NCBI GenBank assembly: GCA_047602405.1
Contig: JASGHJ010000001.1
Location: 736,001-800,000, forward strand
DNA: 64,000 nt
Reading direction: 5' to 3'
Source: Anaeromyxobacteraceae bacterium
GTDB lineage: Bacteria; Myxococcota; Myxococcia; Myxococcales; Anaeromyxobacteraceae
Shown: positions 52,425 through 61,371 of the stretch, one piece after another
Layout: each line of letters starts with the position of its first letter
Position numbering within the stretch: the first letter of the stretch is position 1
Translations under genes and position numbers: made by a program
Notes under the pieces: model-generated
Databases searched by the model: none
What the model was told of the DNA's origin: nothing
Seen by the model: only the letters and a program-made list of their open reading frames with translations

Positions 52425-53918
52425 GTGAGCCCACCCTCGAGCCCCGCGCAGGCGCCCGGCGCCCGGCCCGACCCGTCCGCTCCGCCCGCCATCTCGCTCC
52501 TCGGCGCCGCCGTCCGGTACGGCGCCGTCACGGCGCTCGCGCCGCTCGACCTCGCGCTCCGCGCGGGCGAGCGCGTCGCGATCGTCGGGCCGAGCGGCGC
52601 GGGCAAGACCACCCTCCTCAAGCTCCTCAACACCACGCTCGCGCCCACCGAGGGCACCGTGGCAGTGCTGGGCGAGGAGCCGGCGCTGCTCTCCGCGCGG
52701 GCGCTCCGCCGGCTGCGCGCGCGCATCGGCACCGTCCACCAGCAGCTGCACCTCGTCCCGCAGGCGACCGTCTTCCAGAACGTGGTCGCCGGCCGGCTCG
52801 GGCGCGCGACGCTCGCCGGTGCGCTCGCGGCCCTGCTCTCGCGGCGCGAGGCCGCGGCGGTGCGCGCGCTGCTCGCCGAGGTCGGCATCCCGGAGAAGCT
52901 GCACGAGCGGCTCGACCGGCTCTCCGGCGGCGAGCAGCAGCGGGTCGCCATCGTCCGGACCCTGCACCAGGCGCCGGACCTCGTGCTCGCCGACGAGCCG
53001 CTCTCGGCGGTCGACCCCGAGCGCGCGAGCGAGCTCGCCGCGCTGCTGGCCCGCGCGTACGCGGGGCGCACGCTCGTGGTCTCCACGCACCGGATCGAGC
53101 CGCTGCTGCCCCACGTCGACCGCGTGATCGGCCTGCGCCGCGGGGAGCTCGCCTTCGATCTCCCGGCCGAGCGGGTGCGGCTCGCGGACCTGTCGCGCGT
53201 GTACCGCTCGGAGCGCGCGGAGGCAGGCCAGGCCTCCGGCCTGCGCGCCGCGCCGGGCGGGCCAGCGGCCGCGACCGTCGACGAGCCGGCCGGCCTCCTG
53301 ACGCTCGCGGCCTCGAGCACGCCGGCCGAGACCGTCGTCCCGCCCGCGCTGCGCCGCTTCGTGCGGCTCTACCCCGGCGTCCGGCTGCACCTCGTGCAGG
53401 GCGGCTCCGCGGCGGTCGAGGCAGCCGTGCGGGAGGGCCGGGCGGAGCTCGGCTTCGTCGGCGCCCGGCCCCTCGCCGACGGGCTCGAGCAGACGCTCGT
53501 GGCCGACGACGAGATCGTCGCGGTGGCCGCGCCGGCGCTCGACCTCGGCCCCCTGCCGCTCGCGCTCGAGGACCTCGCCCGGGTCCCCCGCGTGGAGCGC
53601 GAGGCGGGGTCCGGCACCCGCGCCGTGCTCGAGGACCACCTCCGCGGGCTCGGCGTGACGCTGCCGCCGGCGGTGCTCGAGGCGGAGGGGCTCGCGGCCC
53701 TGCGCGCCGCCGCGATCTCCGGCGTCGGGCTCGCGTTCGTCTCGCGCCGCGCGGTGGCGGACGACCTCGCGACCGGGCTGCTCCGGGTGGTGCCGGTCGC
53801 CGGGCTCGAGATCCCGCGGCACGTGTTCGCAATCCACCGGCCGGCGCCCTCGCCGTCGGCCCGGGCGTTCCTCGAGGTCGCGCGCGCCTGCGCCGGTGCG
53901 CCGGGGGCCGGCGGGTGA
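52425..53918 (+). CDS. PhnC-like ABC ATPase fused to a LysR-type substrate-binding domain
   Basis: GPSGAGKT, LSGGEQQR, LADEP; then LAASSTPAETVVP..FVRLYPGV..REAGSGTR..GVGLAFVS in one frame. Confidence 0.75.
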   Translation: MSPPSSPAQAPGARPDPSAPPAISLLGAAVRYGAVTALAPLDLALRAGERVAIVGPSGAGKTTLLKLLNTTLAPTEGTVAVLGEEPALLSARALRRLRARIGTVHQQLHLVPQATVFQNVVAGRLGRATLAGALAALLSRREAAAVRALLAEVGIPEKLHERLDRLSGGEQQRVAIVRTLHQAPDLVLADEPLSAVDPERASELAALLARAYAGRTLVVSTHRIEPLLPHVDRVIGLRRGELAFDLPAERVRLADLSRVYRSERAEAGQASGLRAAPGGPAAATVDEPAGLLTLAASSTPAETVVPPALRRFVRLYPGVRLHLVQGGSAAVEAAVREGRAELGFVGARPLADGLEQTLVADDEIVAVAAPALDLGPLPLALEDLARVPRVEREAGSGTRAVLEDHLRGLGVTLPPAVLEAEGLAALRAAAISGVGLAFVSRRAVADDLATGLLRVVPVAGLEIPRHVFAIHRPAPSPSARAFLEVARACAGAPGAGG

Positions 53919-55594
53919 AGCGCCCGTCCGTGCCTCGACGGGCCGGGGACGATCGGGCCGCTCGCCCGCCCCTCCCCGCCTTCCTCCGCTGGCCCGCGCT
54001 CGTAGGGATGGCCGTCGTGGCCGTCGCCTGGCGGGTGGTCGACGGCGACCTCGCCCTCCTCGTCTCGAAGGACGCGCGCGGCGCCATGGCCGACTTCGCG
54101 CGCGGCTTCTGGCCGCCCGCCCACGACGCCGGGCTGCTCGCCCTGCTCGCCCGGCCGCTCGTCGAGACGCTCGCGATCGCGTTCCTCGGCATGACGGTCG
54201 CGCTCGCCCTCGCGCTGCCGCTGTCGATGCTCGCCGCCGATCCCGCGCTGCTCGTCGCGGGCGGGGAGCGCCCCTCGGCCGCGCGCCGGGCGGCGTGGAT
54301 GGCCGCGCGCGGGCTCCTCAACCTGATGCGGTCGATCCCGGAGATCGTCTGGGCGCTCGTCTTCGTGCGCGCGGTCGGGATGGGTCCGACCGCCGGCGTG
54401 CTCGCGATCGGCATCGGCTACGGCGGCATCGTCGGGAAGGTGTTCGCCGAGACCTTCGAGTCGACGCCGCGCGGCCCGTCCCGCGCGCTCGCCGCCGCCG
54501 GGGCGCGGCCCGCGGGGGCGTTCCTCTTCGGCGTGCTGCCCGGCGCGCTGCCGCTCCTCTCCTCCTACACGCTCTACCGGCTCGACTGCGCGCTGCGCGC
54601 CTCCGCGGTGCTCGGGCTCGTCGGCGCGGGCGGCATCGGGCTGCAGCTCGAGCTCTCGATCAAGATGTTCGCGTGGGACGAGGTCGCCGCGATGGTGCTC
54701 GGCCTCTTCGGGCTCGTGGCCGCGCTCGACCTCGCCTCGCGCCGCCTGCGCCGGCGCATCCACGCGAGCCGGGGGTTCCTGCCCGCGGGCCGGCGCGGCG
54801 CGGCCGTGCGGCTCGCGATCCCGGTCGCCTGGCTCTCCCTGGCGGCGGGCGCGGTCGCGTTCCTCCGGCTGCCGCTCGGCGAGCTCTTCTCGCTGGAGAC
54901 GCCGCGGAGCGCGTGGGCGTTCGTCGCCTCCACCTGGCCGCCTGACGTGTCGCCCGCCTTCCTGCGCCAGCTCGGCCCCGCCGTGCTCGAGACGCTCGCG
55001 GTGAGTGTCGTGGGGATCGCGATCGCCGTCGCGCTGGGGCTCCCGCTCGCGCTCCTCGCGGCGCGCCGCGGGCCCTCGGCGGCGCTCGCGCGCGTGCTCC
55101 TCGCGCTCGGGCGGACGCTGCCGGAGCTCCTGTGGGCGCTGCTCGTGATCTTCGCGGTGGGCCTGGGACCCTTCGCCGGCGCCCTCGCGCTCGGCCTGCA
55201 CACCGCCGGCGTGCTGGGCCGGCTCCACGCCGAGGCGCTCGAGGAGGTGCCGCAGGCGCCGGTGCTCGCGCTCCGGGCCATGGGCGCGCCCGCGCTCTCC
55301 GCCGAGGCGTTCGCCGCCTGGCCGCAGGCGTTCCCGCAGCTCGCCGCGTACACGCTCTACCGCTGGGAGGTCGCCATCCGCGCGTCCGCGGTGCTGGGCG
55401 TCGTCGGCGCGGGCGGGCTCGGGCAGCTCCTCCACGTGTCGCTGTCCCTCTTCCACCACCACCGCACCGCGACGCTCGTGCTCGCGATCGTGTTGCTCGT
55501 GACCGCGGTGGACCTCTTCTCCGGCTGGCTGCGCGCGCGGATCCTCGCGGGCCGGCCGCTCGTCGCCGCGGCGGCGACGCTGGAGGCGGCGTGA
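53915..55594 (+). CDS. Double-domain PhnE-like ABC permease
   Basis: Two repeats of ETLA...R(S/T)(I/L)PE..WAL...G.GP..G.LA...Y.LYR....RASAVLG.VGAGG. Confidence 0.85.
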   Translation: MKRPSVPRRAGDDRAARPPLPAFLRWPALVGMAVVAVAWRVVDGDLALLVSKDARGAMADFARGFWPPAHDAGLLALLARPLVETLAIAFLGMTVALALALPLSMLAADPALLVAGGERPSAARRAAWMAARGLLNLMRSIPEIVWALVFVRAVGMGPTAGVLAIGIGYGGIVGKVFAETFESTPRGPSRALAAAGARPAGAFLFGVLPGALPLLSSYTLYRLDCALRASAVLGLVGAGGIGLQLELSIKMFAWDEVAAMVLGLFGLVAALDLASRRLRRRIHASRGFLPAGRRGAAVRLAIPVAWLSLAAGAVAFLRLPLGELFSLETPRSAWAFVASTWPPDVSPAFLRQLGPAVLETLAVSVVGIAIAVALGLPLALLAARRGPSAALARVLLALGRTLPELLWALLVIFAVGLGPFAGALALGLHTAGVLGRLHAEALEEVPQAPVLALRAMGAPALSAEAFAAWPQAFPQLAAYTLYRWEVAIRASAVLGVVGAGGLGQLLHVSLSLFHHHRTATLVLAIVLLVTAVDLFSGWLRARILAGRPLVAAAATLEAA

Positions 55595-55708
55595 ACCCTG
55601 GCGTGCGAAGGGAGGTGAGGCGCGTGATCGACATCGAACGGCGCGTCCCGCTCGACCGGTGAGGCCGCGAGGCCCGGGCGAGTTCGCCCGCCACTCTTCC
55701 TCTACATC

Positions 55709-55757
55709 CCGTTCGCCCCGAGCGTAGCAGCCGCGAAGCGGCTGCGGAGACGAGGGG
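55709..55757. repeat. REP-like palindrome, subfamily B
   Basis: ccgttcgccccgagcgtag-cagccgc/gcggctg-cggagacgagggg. Confidence 0.8.
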
Positions 55758-55789
55758 CCCGAGCCGTCACCTTGGCCACAGGAAACGCC

Positions 55790-56650
55790 ATGTCCTTCCG
55801 CACCACCTCCGCCCTCACCCTCCTCGCAGTCCTCTCCCTCACCTCCCCGGCCCGCAGTGCGGCCCAGGAGCTCCGGGTGAGCGCCATCCCCGACGAGGCG
55901 CCCACCGAGCTCGTGCGCAAGTTCGCGCCGCTCGGCGCCTACCTCGAGAAGCAGCTCGGCATGAAGGTCTCCTTCGTGCCGGTCTCCGACTACGCCGCCA
56001 CCGTGGAGGGCCTCGCCGCCGGCAAGCTCGACATGGTCTGGTACGGCGGCTTCACCTTCGTCCAGGCGCGCCGCCGCACCGGCAACGCCGTGCCGCTCGT
56101 GCAGCGCGAGGAGGACGCGCACTTCCACTCCAAGTTCATCGTGCCCGCCTCCTCGAAGGCGCAAACCCTCGCCGACCTCAAGGGCGCGAACTTCGCGTTC
56201 GGCTCGGTGAGCTCGACCTCCGGCCACCTCATGCCGCGGCACTTCCTGCTCCAGGCCGGCATCGACCCCGAGAAGGACTTCTCGAAGGTCGCCTTCTCCG
56301 GCGCGCACGACGTGACCGCGAAGTGGGTCGAGGCCGGGAAGGTGGACGCCGGCGCGCTCAACGAGTCGGTGTTCAAGAAGCTCGTCGACGAGGGCAAGCT
56401 CGACATGACGAAGATCCGGGTGCTGTGGACCACGCCGGATTACCAGGACTACAACTGGACCGTCCGCGGCGACCTCGACCCGAAGCTCCAGGCGAAGCTC
56501 AAGGACGCCTTCCTCGCGCTCGACCCCAAGAACCCCGAGCAGAAGGCGATCCTCGATCTGCAGCGGGCGTCCAAGTTCATCCCGACGTCGCCCGCGAACT
56601 ACACCAGCATCGAGGCCGCCGCGAAGTCGGCGGGGCTGATCAAGGACTGA
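55790..56650 (+). CDS. PhnD-like periplasmic binding protein (putative selenate ABC transporter clade)
   Basis: SAIPDEAPTEL.RKF, VPVSDYAA.VE, WYGGFT.VQAR, STSGHLMPR, SGAHD, GALNESV, DYNWT. Confidence 0.85.
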   Translation: MSFRTTSALTLLAVLSLTSPARSAAQELRVSAIPDEAPTELVRKFAPLGAYLEKQLGMKVSFVPVSDYAATVEGLAAGKLDMVWYGGFTFVQARRRTGNAVPLVQREEDAHFHSKFIVPASSKAQTLADLKGANFAFGSVSSTSGHLMPRHFLLQAGIDPEKDFSKVAFSGAHDVTAKWVEAGKVDAGALNESVFKKLVDEGKLDMTKIRVLWTTPDYQDYNWTVRGDLDPKLQAKLKDAFLALDPKNPEQKAILDLQRASKFIPTSPANYTSIEAAAKSAGLIKD

Positions 56651-56713
56651 GGGGCGGGCTGTAGTGCGCCGACGGCGATGTCGAGGTCGGTCGCAGGCCG
56701 GCGGTTTCCCTCT

Positions 56714-56762
56714 CCGTCAGTCCCGAGCGTAGGGCCCGCGCAGCGGGCCCGGAGACGAGGGA
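56714..56762. repeat. REP-like palindrome, subfamily B
   Basis: ccgtcagtcccgagcgtag-ggcccgc/gcgggcc-cggagacgaggga. Confidence 0.8.
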
Positions 56763-56796
56763 CGTCACTTCGTCATTTCCGGTGGTCCGCGGAGGT

Positions 56797-57504
56797 TCAC
56801 CTCACCTCCGCGACCACCGGGTTGTGATCGCTGAGCCGCGTCCAGAGCCGTCCCGTCACGACCTCCGCCGAGACGAGCCGCTTCACCCACGCGCGCGGCA
56901 CGAAGATCCCGTCGCAGTGATAGGGCATCCTCCGGTCGCCGCTCCACCGCAGCGTCTGCGCGAGCGGTACGCCGGGGTGCATCGCCTGCCACGCCGGGAC
57001 GAGCCCGAGCTCCGCCGCGAAGCGGTCCAGGAGCCGCTCCTCCGCGCGGAGCATCCGGACCCGCTCGTCGCCGCTGCGGTAGCCCGCGACGACGTTGAGG
57101 TCGCCGCCCACGAGCAGCTCCGCGCCCTCGCCGAGTCGGGCCAGCCGATCGAGGATCGTCCCGAGCGTCCGCACGTACCCGTGCGCGCCCACGGGGCAGT
57201 GGATCGAGAACACCCGCAGCGGCTTCAGCGCACGCCGCCCCGGCAGCGTCACCTCGCCGCCCACCACCCAGCCCGAGAAGCCGCGCACCGGGAGCGGCGT
57301 GATCCCGCCGCGCCTGAGCCAGACCCCCGTTCCCCACCGCCGCCCCGGCGCCGCCTGCCACAGCGCGACACCGGAACCGGCAGGCGGCATCGCCGCCTCC
57401 TGCGCGAGGATCACGTCCGGCGCGAGCCGCTCGTGGAGCCGCTCCCACTGCCGCGCCCGCCGCGCGCTCCCGCCGACGAGGAAGTTGTAGGTGGCGATGC
57501 GCAT
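56797..57504 (-). CDS. Endonuclease/exonuclease/phosphatase (EEP) family protein
   Basis: MRIATYN, DVILAQE, GGDLN, YHCD, SDHNPV. Confidence 0.88.
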   Translation of the reverse strand: MRIATYNFLVGGSARRARQWERLHERLAPDVILAQEAAMPPAGSGVALWQAAPGRRWGTGVWLRRGGITPLPVRGFSGWVVGGEVTLPGRRALKPLRVFSIHCPVGAHGYVRTLGTILDRLARLGEGAELLVGGDLNVVAGYRSGDERVRMLRAEERLLDRFAAELGLVPAWQAMHPGVPLAQTLRWSGDRRMPYHCDGIFVPRAWVKRLVSAEVVTGRLWTRLSDHNPVVAEVR

Positions 57505-57627
57505 CGGTTCGTCAGCAGCCCGCCGTCGTCCTGAGAATCTCTTTACCAGTGGAGTTCCGAAAAGGGCGGACGGCATATTCACTTACCGTCACGCCATTCA
57601 TCGATGAGGTCCCTGCAGGGCGTGTCT

Positions 57628-58419
57628 TCAGAACTCCCGGACCTCCTCGACGACCTCCTCGGCGTTCTCGAGGCCCGCGGCGGTGGCCGAGTCGACCAGG
57701 AATTCGAAGACCTCCTCGGCGACTACCGTGTCGATCCCCGGTTCGCTGGTGTCATCGAGCGCGTTGAAGGCCTTCACGCAGGTACGAAGGGCCTTGGCCT
57801 TCGCGCGGGAGGTCTTCGCGGCCGCCAGCTCCTGCTGGAAGGCCTCGAGCAGCCGCGTGCCCGCGGTGACGACCTCGGGGGCCACGTCGGGTTGCCAGTT
57901 CAGCTCCGGAACGGCCGCCGGTTTGCTCGCGCCAGAGCGGACGGGCTTCCGGCGCATGAGCGCCCTTGCGCGGCGCTCCATGTCTCGCATCCGCTTCCTT
58001 TCGAACTCGCGGAAGCCGTCGGGCCTGAGCCGGTACTCGCACTCGAGAGCGATCTTGTCGCGCAAGAAGTCCCAGTGGATGACGCCCTCGACCCGGGGCG
58101 GACCGGGGGGCATGGACCCCGACTGTTTCCCGAGCCAGTCGAAGTCCGCCGGCAGCTCGCCGGCAGCGTAAGCGATGGAGGGAAGGATCTTCGCGCCGAA
58201 CTCGCGGAAGTGGGTGAGCGTCAGGGCTTCCGTGGCGAGCGCAGCTGCGAGGTCTGGGAGCTGCGTCCCCCGCCACACGGCCAGCTCCAAGGTGAAGGCC
58301 TCGGCCCTCCAGGTCTCGGACCAGGACTTCGCGAGCACACGGCAGATTCCCGTGCCCACGTCAGCGACGGGGAACAGGTAGACGTCGCCGGGCTCGGGCG
58401 GCTTCGGCTCCTTCGCCAT
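57628..58419 (-). CDS. Hypothetical protein, possibly immunity-protein-like
   Basis: 263-aa ORF; N-terminal PGDVYLFPV..G.G.CRV; helical acidic C-terminus (FNALD..IDTVVAEEVFE). Confidence 0.5.
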   Translation of the reverse strand: MAKEPKPPEPGDVYLFPVADVGTGICRVLAKSWSETWRAEAFTLELAVWRGTQLPDLAAALATEALTLTHFREFGAKILPSIAYAAGELPADFDWLGKQSGSMPPGPPRVEGVIHWDFLRDKIALECEYRLRPDGFREFERKRMRDMERRARALMRRKPVRSGASKPAAVPELNWQPDVAPEVVTAGTRLLEAFQQELAAAKTSRAKAKALRTCVKAFNALDDTSEPGIDTVVAEEVFEFLVDSATAAGLENAEEVVEEVREF

Positions 58420-58445
58420 GGGTGAGAGGATGCCACGGGGCGCCG

Positions 58446-58494
58446 CCCCTCGTCTCCGGGCCCGCTGCGCGGGCCCTACGCTCGGGGCGAACGG
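58446..58494. repeat. REP-like palindrome, subfamily B
   Basis: Exact 40-nt reverse complement of 56722-56761. Confidence 0.8.
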
Positions 58495-58509
58495 GGGGAC
58501 GCCTCCCCC

Positions 58510-58767
58510 TCAGTCCTTCGACTCCGCATCGAACGCGTCGGCGTGCTCGAGGAGGTCGAGGTTCTGGAGGAGATCGAGGTTCTTGATGATCTCCTCGTCC
58601 TCCGGGGAGAGGGGTTTCTGCGGGGGCGGCGGAGGGGCTGGCGGCCTGCGATCGAGCGCGGCCCCGTCCTTCGCGGCGGGCGGCGGCGGGGGCGGGGCCT
58701 CCGGCGCAGACGTCTGCGCGGGGGCCTGGGCGAGGCAGAGGGCGGTGAAGAGCGCGGCGGCGATCAC
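58510..58767 (-). CDS. Small secreted protein with a Pro-rich linker and an acidic LDLL tail
   Basis: GTG overlapping the upstream stop; VIAAALFTALCLAQA..EDEEIIKNLDLLQNLDLLE. Confidence 0.65.
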   Translation of the reverse strand: MIAAALFTALCLAQAPAQTSAPEAPPPPPPAAKDGAALDRRPPAPPPPPQKPLSPEDEEIIKNLDLLQNLDLLEHADAFDAESKD

Positions 58768-60347
58768 GGGGTCACCACGTCGACCGCGAGGATGGCCCGG
58801 TACACGGTGTCCTGGCCACCGTAGAAGTCTCCCGGGAGCAGCACGTCGCCCTCCACCTGGAGCGCGAGCCAGGGCAGGGCCTGCCACGCCCCCTGCGCGT
58901 CGACCTCCCAGCCGTAGACCTTGCCGCCGAACGGGCCGGTGCGGTCGGCGCGGAGCCAGGCGCCCTTCACGTCGAAGCCGAGCTCGTCGGTCGGGTCCCA
59001 CGAGACGCGCAGCGCGGGAGACAGCACGCCCCGGCCGTTCACGCCGGGGGCGGTCGCCTCGCGCGCGACGAAGGTGTTCGCGAGGCCGGCCTTGAAGAAG
59101 AGGTTCGTGTGCGGCACGTAGGGCACGACGCCCAGGAAGCCGTCGTAGCTCGCGCCCTTCTCGAGCGAGAGCTGGCCGCCGGAGAGCCAGACGAACGAGG
59201 CGCCCGCGGAGAAGCCGGCGGGGAGGTCCACGTCCCACCCGGCGCGCGCGGCGCGGCCGTGCACGGGCGCCGCCTCCACGAGCCGCAGCCGCGGCACGTC
59301 GACCGAGTCGATGGTCCCCTCGAGCGCGGCCAGGGTCCACGTGAGCCGGTGGCCGGGGAGCGGCGCGAGGTCGCCGGTGGTCCCCACCCACCACAGCCTC
59401 GCCGCGCTCGTCACCTCGCGGGCGAGGGCGCGCGCGAGCTGCCGCGCGGCCACCTCGCGCGTGGCGGCGTCCGTGGCGGCGTCGTGGTCGGCGACGCGCC
59501 GCTCGATCGCCTCGCCCCGCAGCGCCTCGGCCACGGCGTTCGAGCGATCGCGCAGGTACGCGCCGAAGACGCCGACGCGCTCGAAGAGCGAGACCTGCCA
59601 GTCGGCGCTCGCCGCGAACATCGGCGAGGCGGTGGAGCCCGCGGTCGGCCAGGTGCGGTCGGGGACGAGCGCCTTCGCCGAGAGCCCGAAGGGCGGGCCG
59701 ATCGCGCCGAGGTCGAGGTCCACCGCGCCCACCGCGGCGGCGTCGTCGTGCACGAGGCCGCCGCCGACGAGGGTGCGGCGGCGCCCGACCGTGAACCTCG
59801 CGAAGCCGGCGCGGCCGAGCGCGACGGTGCCGTACACCTCGCGCAGCAACCACGTGTCGCGCAGCTCGTCCGTGGCCGGGCGGCCGTCGAGCGTGAGGCG
59901 CGAGCCGGTCTCGGCCACCGACGGGACCGGCACGATCGTGTGCAGCGCGGGGACGAGGCAGTAGCGCTCGCCGGGGTTCGCGAGGCCGGTGGGCGAGCCG
60001 TTCTGGCCGCCGCTGAGGCAGACGTCCACGACGGTGTGATCCCGCCGGAGCCGCGCCTCGCCGGTGTCCGCCGCGAGGTGGAAGCGGAAGTCGCCCTCGT
60101 GGGAGCGCCAGTCGAGCCCGAGCGACGCGACGGCGGAGCCCCAGCGCGCGTCGGCCGAGGGCACGAGGTAGTCCGAGAGCGCGAAGTCCGTGCGCGCGGG
60201 GTCGTAGAGCACGTCGGTGGTCGGGCGGTTGCCCTCGGACGTCGCGCGCAGGTGCAGCCCGAGGTCGAGGCGCAGCTCACCCTCCCCCGCCCGCGCCGGC
60301 GGCGCGGCGAGGAGGCACAGCGTGAGCGCGGCCGTCCGGGCGTGCAG
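58764..60347 (-). CDS. Outer-membrane beta-barrel protein (alginate-export-like), apparent CTG start
   Basis: Frame is open upstream of GTG 60212 to a signal peptide (HARTAALTLCLLAAPPARA); C-terminal YGWEVD..LLPGDFY. Confidence 0.6.
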   Translation of the reverse strand: MHARTAALTLCLLAAPPARAGEGELRLDLGLHLRATSEGNRPTTDVLYDPARTDFALSDYLVPSADARWGSAVASLGLDWRSHEGDFRFHLAADTGEARLRRDHTVVDVCLSGGQNGSPTGLANPGERYCLVPALHTIVPVPSVAETGSRLTLDGRPATDELRDTWLLREVYGTVALGRAGFARFTVGRRRTLVGGGLVHDDAAAVGAVDLDLGAIGPPFGLSAKALVPDRTWPTAGSTASPMFAASADWQVSLFERVGVFGAYLRDRSNAVAEALRGEAIERRVADHDAATDAATREVAARQLARALAREVTSAARLWWVGTTGDLAPLPGHRLTWTLAALEGTIDSVDVPRLRLVEAAPVHGRAARAGWDVDLPAGFSAGASFVWLSGGQLSLEKGASYDGFLGVVPYVPHTNLFFKAGLANTFVAREATAPGVNGRGVLSPALRVSWDPTDELGFDVKGAWLRADRTGPFGGKVYGWEVDAQGAWQALPWLALQVEGDVLLPGDFYGGQDTVYRAILAVDVVTP

Positions 60348-60382
60348 TCGAGGTCCTCCCTCGCCGATCTCGAGCTACGGCC

Positions 60383-60898
60383 TCACGGCCCCTTGCGCCG
60401 CTCGCGCCGCCGCTCCCGAAGCTCCTGGCGCTCCTCGGGCGACATGGCGCGCCACTTCCGGAGGTTCTCGCGAAACCGCGCGCGGTCCTCCGGCGAGCCC
60501 CTCGCCACGTCGCGGAGCGCCCGCCGGAGCTGCGCGCGCCGCTCCGGCGAGAGCTCGCGCCACCTCTCGAGCTTCTCGAGGATCTCCCGCCGGTCGGCCT
60601 CGGGCAGCCGCTGGAACGCCTGCCAGTTCTCGCGGAGCTGGCGGCGGCGCTCGGGCGGCAGCGCCCGGAACCGCTCGAGCGCGTCGCGGCGGGCCTGCTG
60701 CTCCTCGGGCGGCAGCGCCTTGAACTGCTTCCACTGCTCGCGGAGGCGCTCGCGCTCCTCCGGGCTCATACGCTCCCAGCGCTCGCGGTTCGACTCGTCG
60801 CCCGCGGGGGCGCCCTCCTGCGCGCGCGCCCCGCCGGAGAGCGCGAGCGCCGCGAGCGCCACGAGGGCGAGGCGGGTCAGGGACCTCGGGGTGATCAC
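60383..60898 (-). CDS. DUF3106-like periplasmic helical repeat protein
   Basis: Signal peptide; repeated W/F-x-x-(L/M)-(S/P)-P-E-x-R units. Confidence 0.75.
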   Translation of the reverse strand: MITPRSLTRLALVALAALALSGGARAQEGAPAGDESNRERWERMSPEERERLREQWKQFKALPPEEQQARRDALERFRALPPERRRQLRENWQAFQRLPEADRREILEKLERWRELSPERRAQLRRALRDVARGSPEDRARFRENLRKWRAMSPEERQELRERRRERRKGP

Positions 60899-61371
60899 GG
60901 CCGGCCCTCCTTCGGCGAGAGCTCGTCGAGGTGCGCGACCACGTCGGCGTCCTCCTCGGTCTCGACCGTGTCCAGGCTCGCCACCACCTCGTAGTCGGAG
61001 AGGAGCTCGAGGTGCTCGGCGATGGCGCGCTCCTCGGCGCGCTGGGCGCGGATGCCCAGGAACGCGGCGAGGCCCGCGGCGGCGACGGCGCCGGCCGGGA
61101 TCGCGAGCCGCCAGCGCATCGAGAGCCGCGCGACGAGGCCGCGGGGCCTCCGCTCCTCCTCGGCGATCGCGGCCGCGAGCCGCGTGCCGAAGTACGGCGA
61201 CGGCTCCGGCGCGGCGGGGAGGCGCGACAGGAGCGAGAGCGCGGCGGTGAGCCGGGCCTCCTCGGCGCGGCACGCGGCGCAGCCGGCGAGGTGGGCCCGC
61301 ACCTCGCGGGCGCGCTCCTCCGGCAGGGCGCCGTCGGCGAGCGCGGTGAGGTCTTCGACGACGTGCTTCAC
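60895..61371 (-). CDS. Zinc-binding (zf-HC2) anti-sigma factor
   Basis: LTALADGAL..HLAGCAAC; one TM; short acidic periplasmic tail. Confidence 0.85.
   Translation of the reverse strand: MKHVVEDLTALADGALPEERAREVRAHLAGCAACRAEEARLTAALSLLSRLPAAPEPSPYFGTRLAAAIAEEERRPRGLVARLSMRWRLAIPAGAVAAAGLAAFLGIRAQRAEERAIAEHLELLSDYEVVASLDTVETEEDADVVAHLDELSPKEGRP

Noticed and set aside
55591..55662. 23-codon ORF after the permease
   Set aside because: Too short and has no recognisable motif
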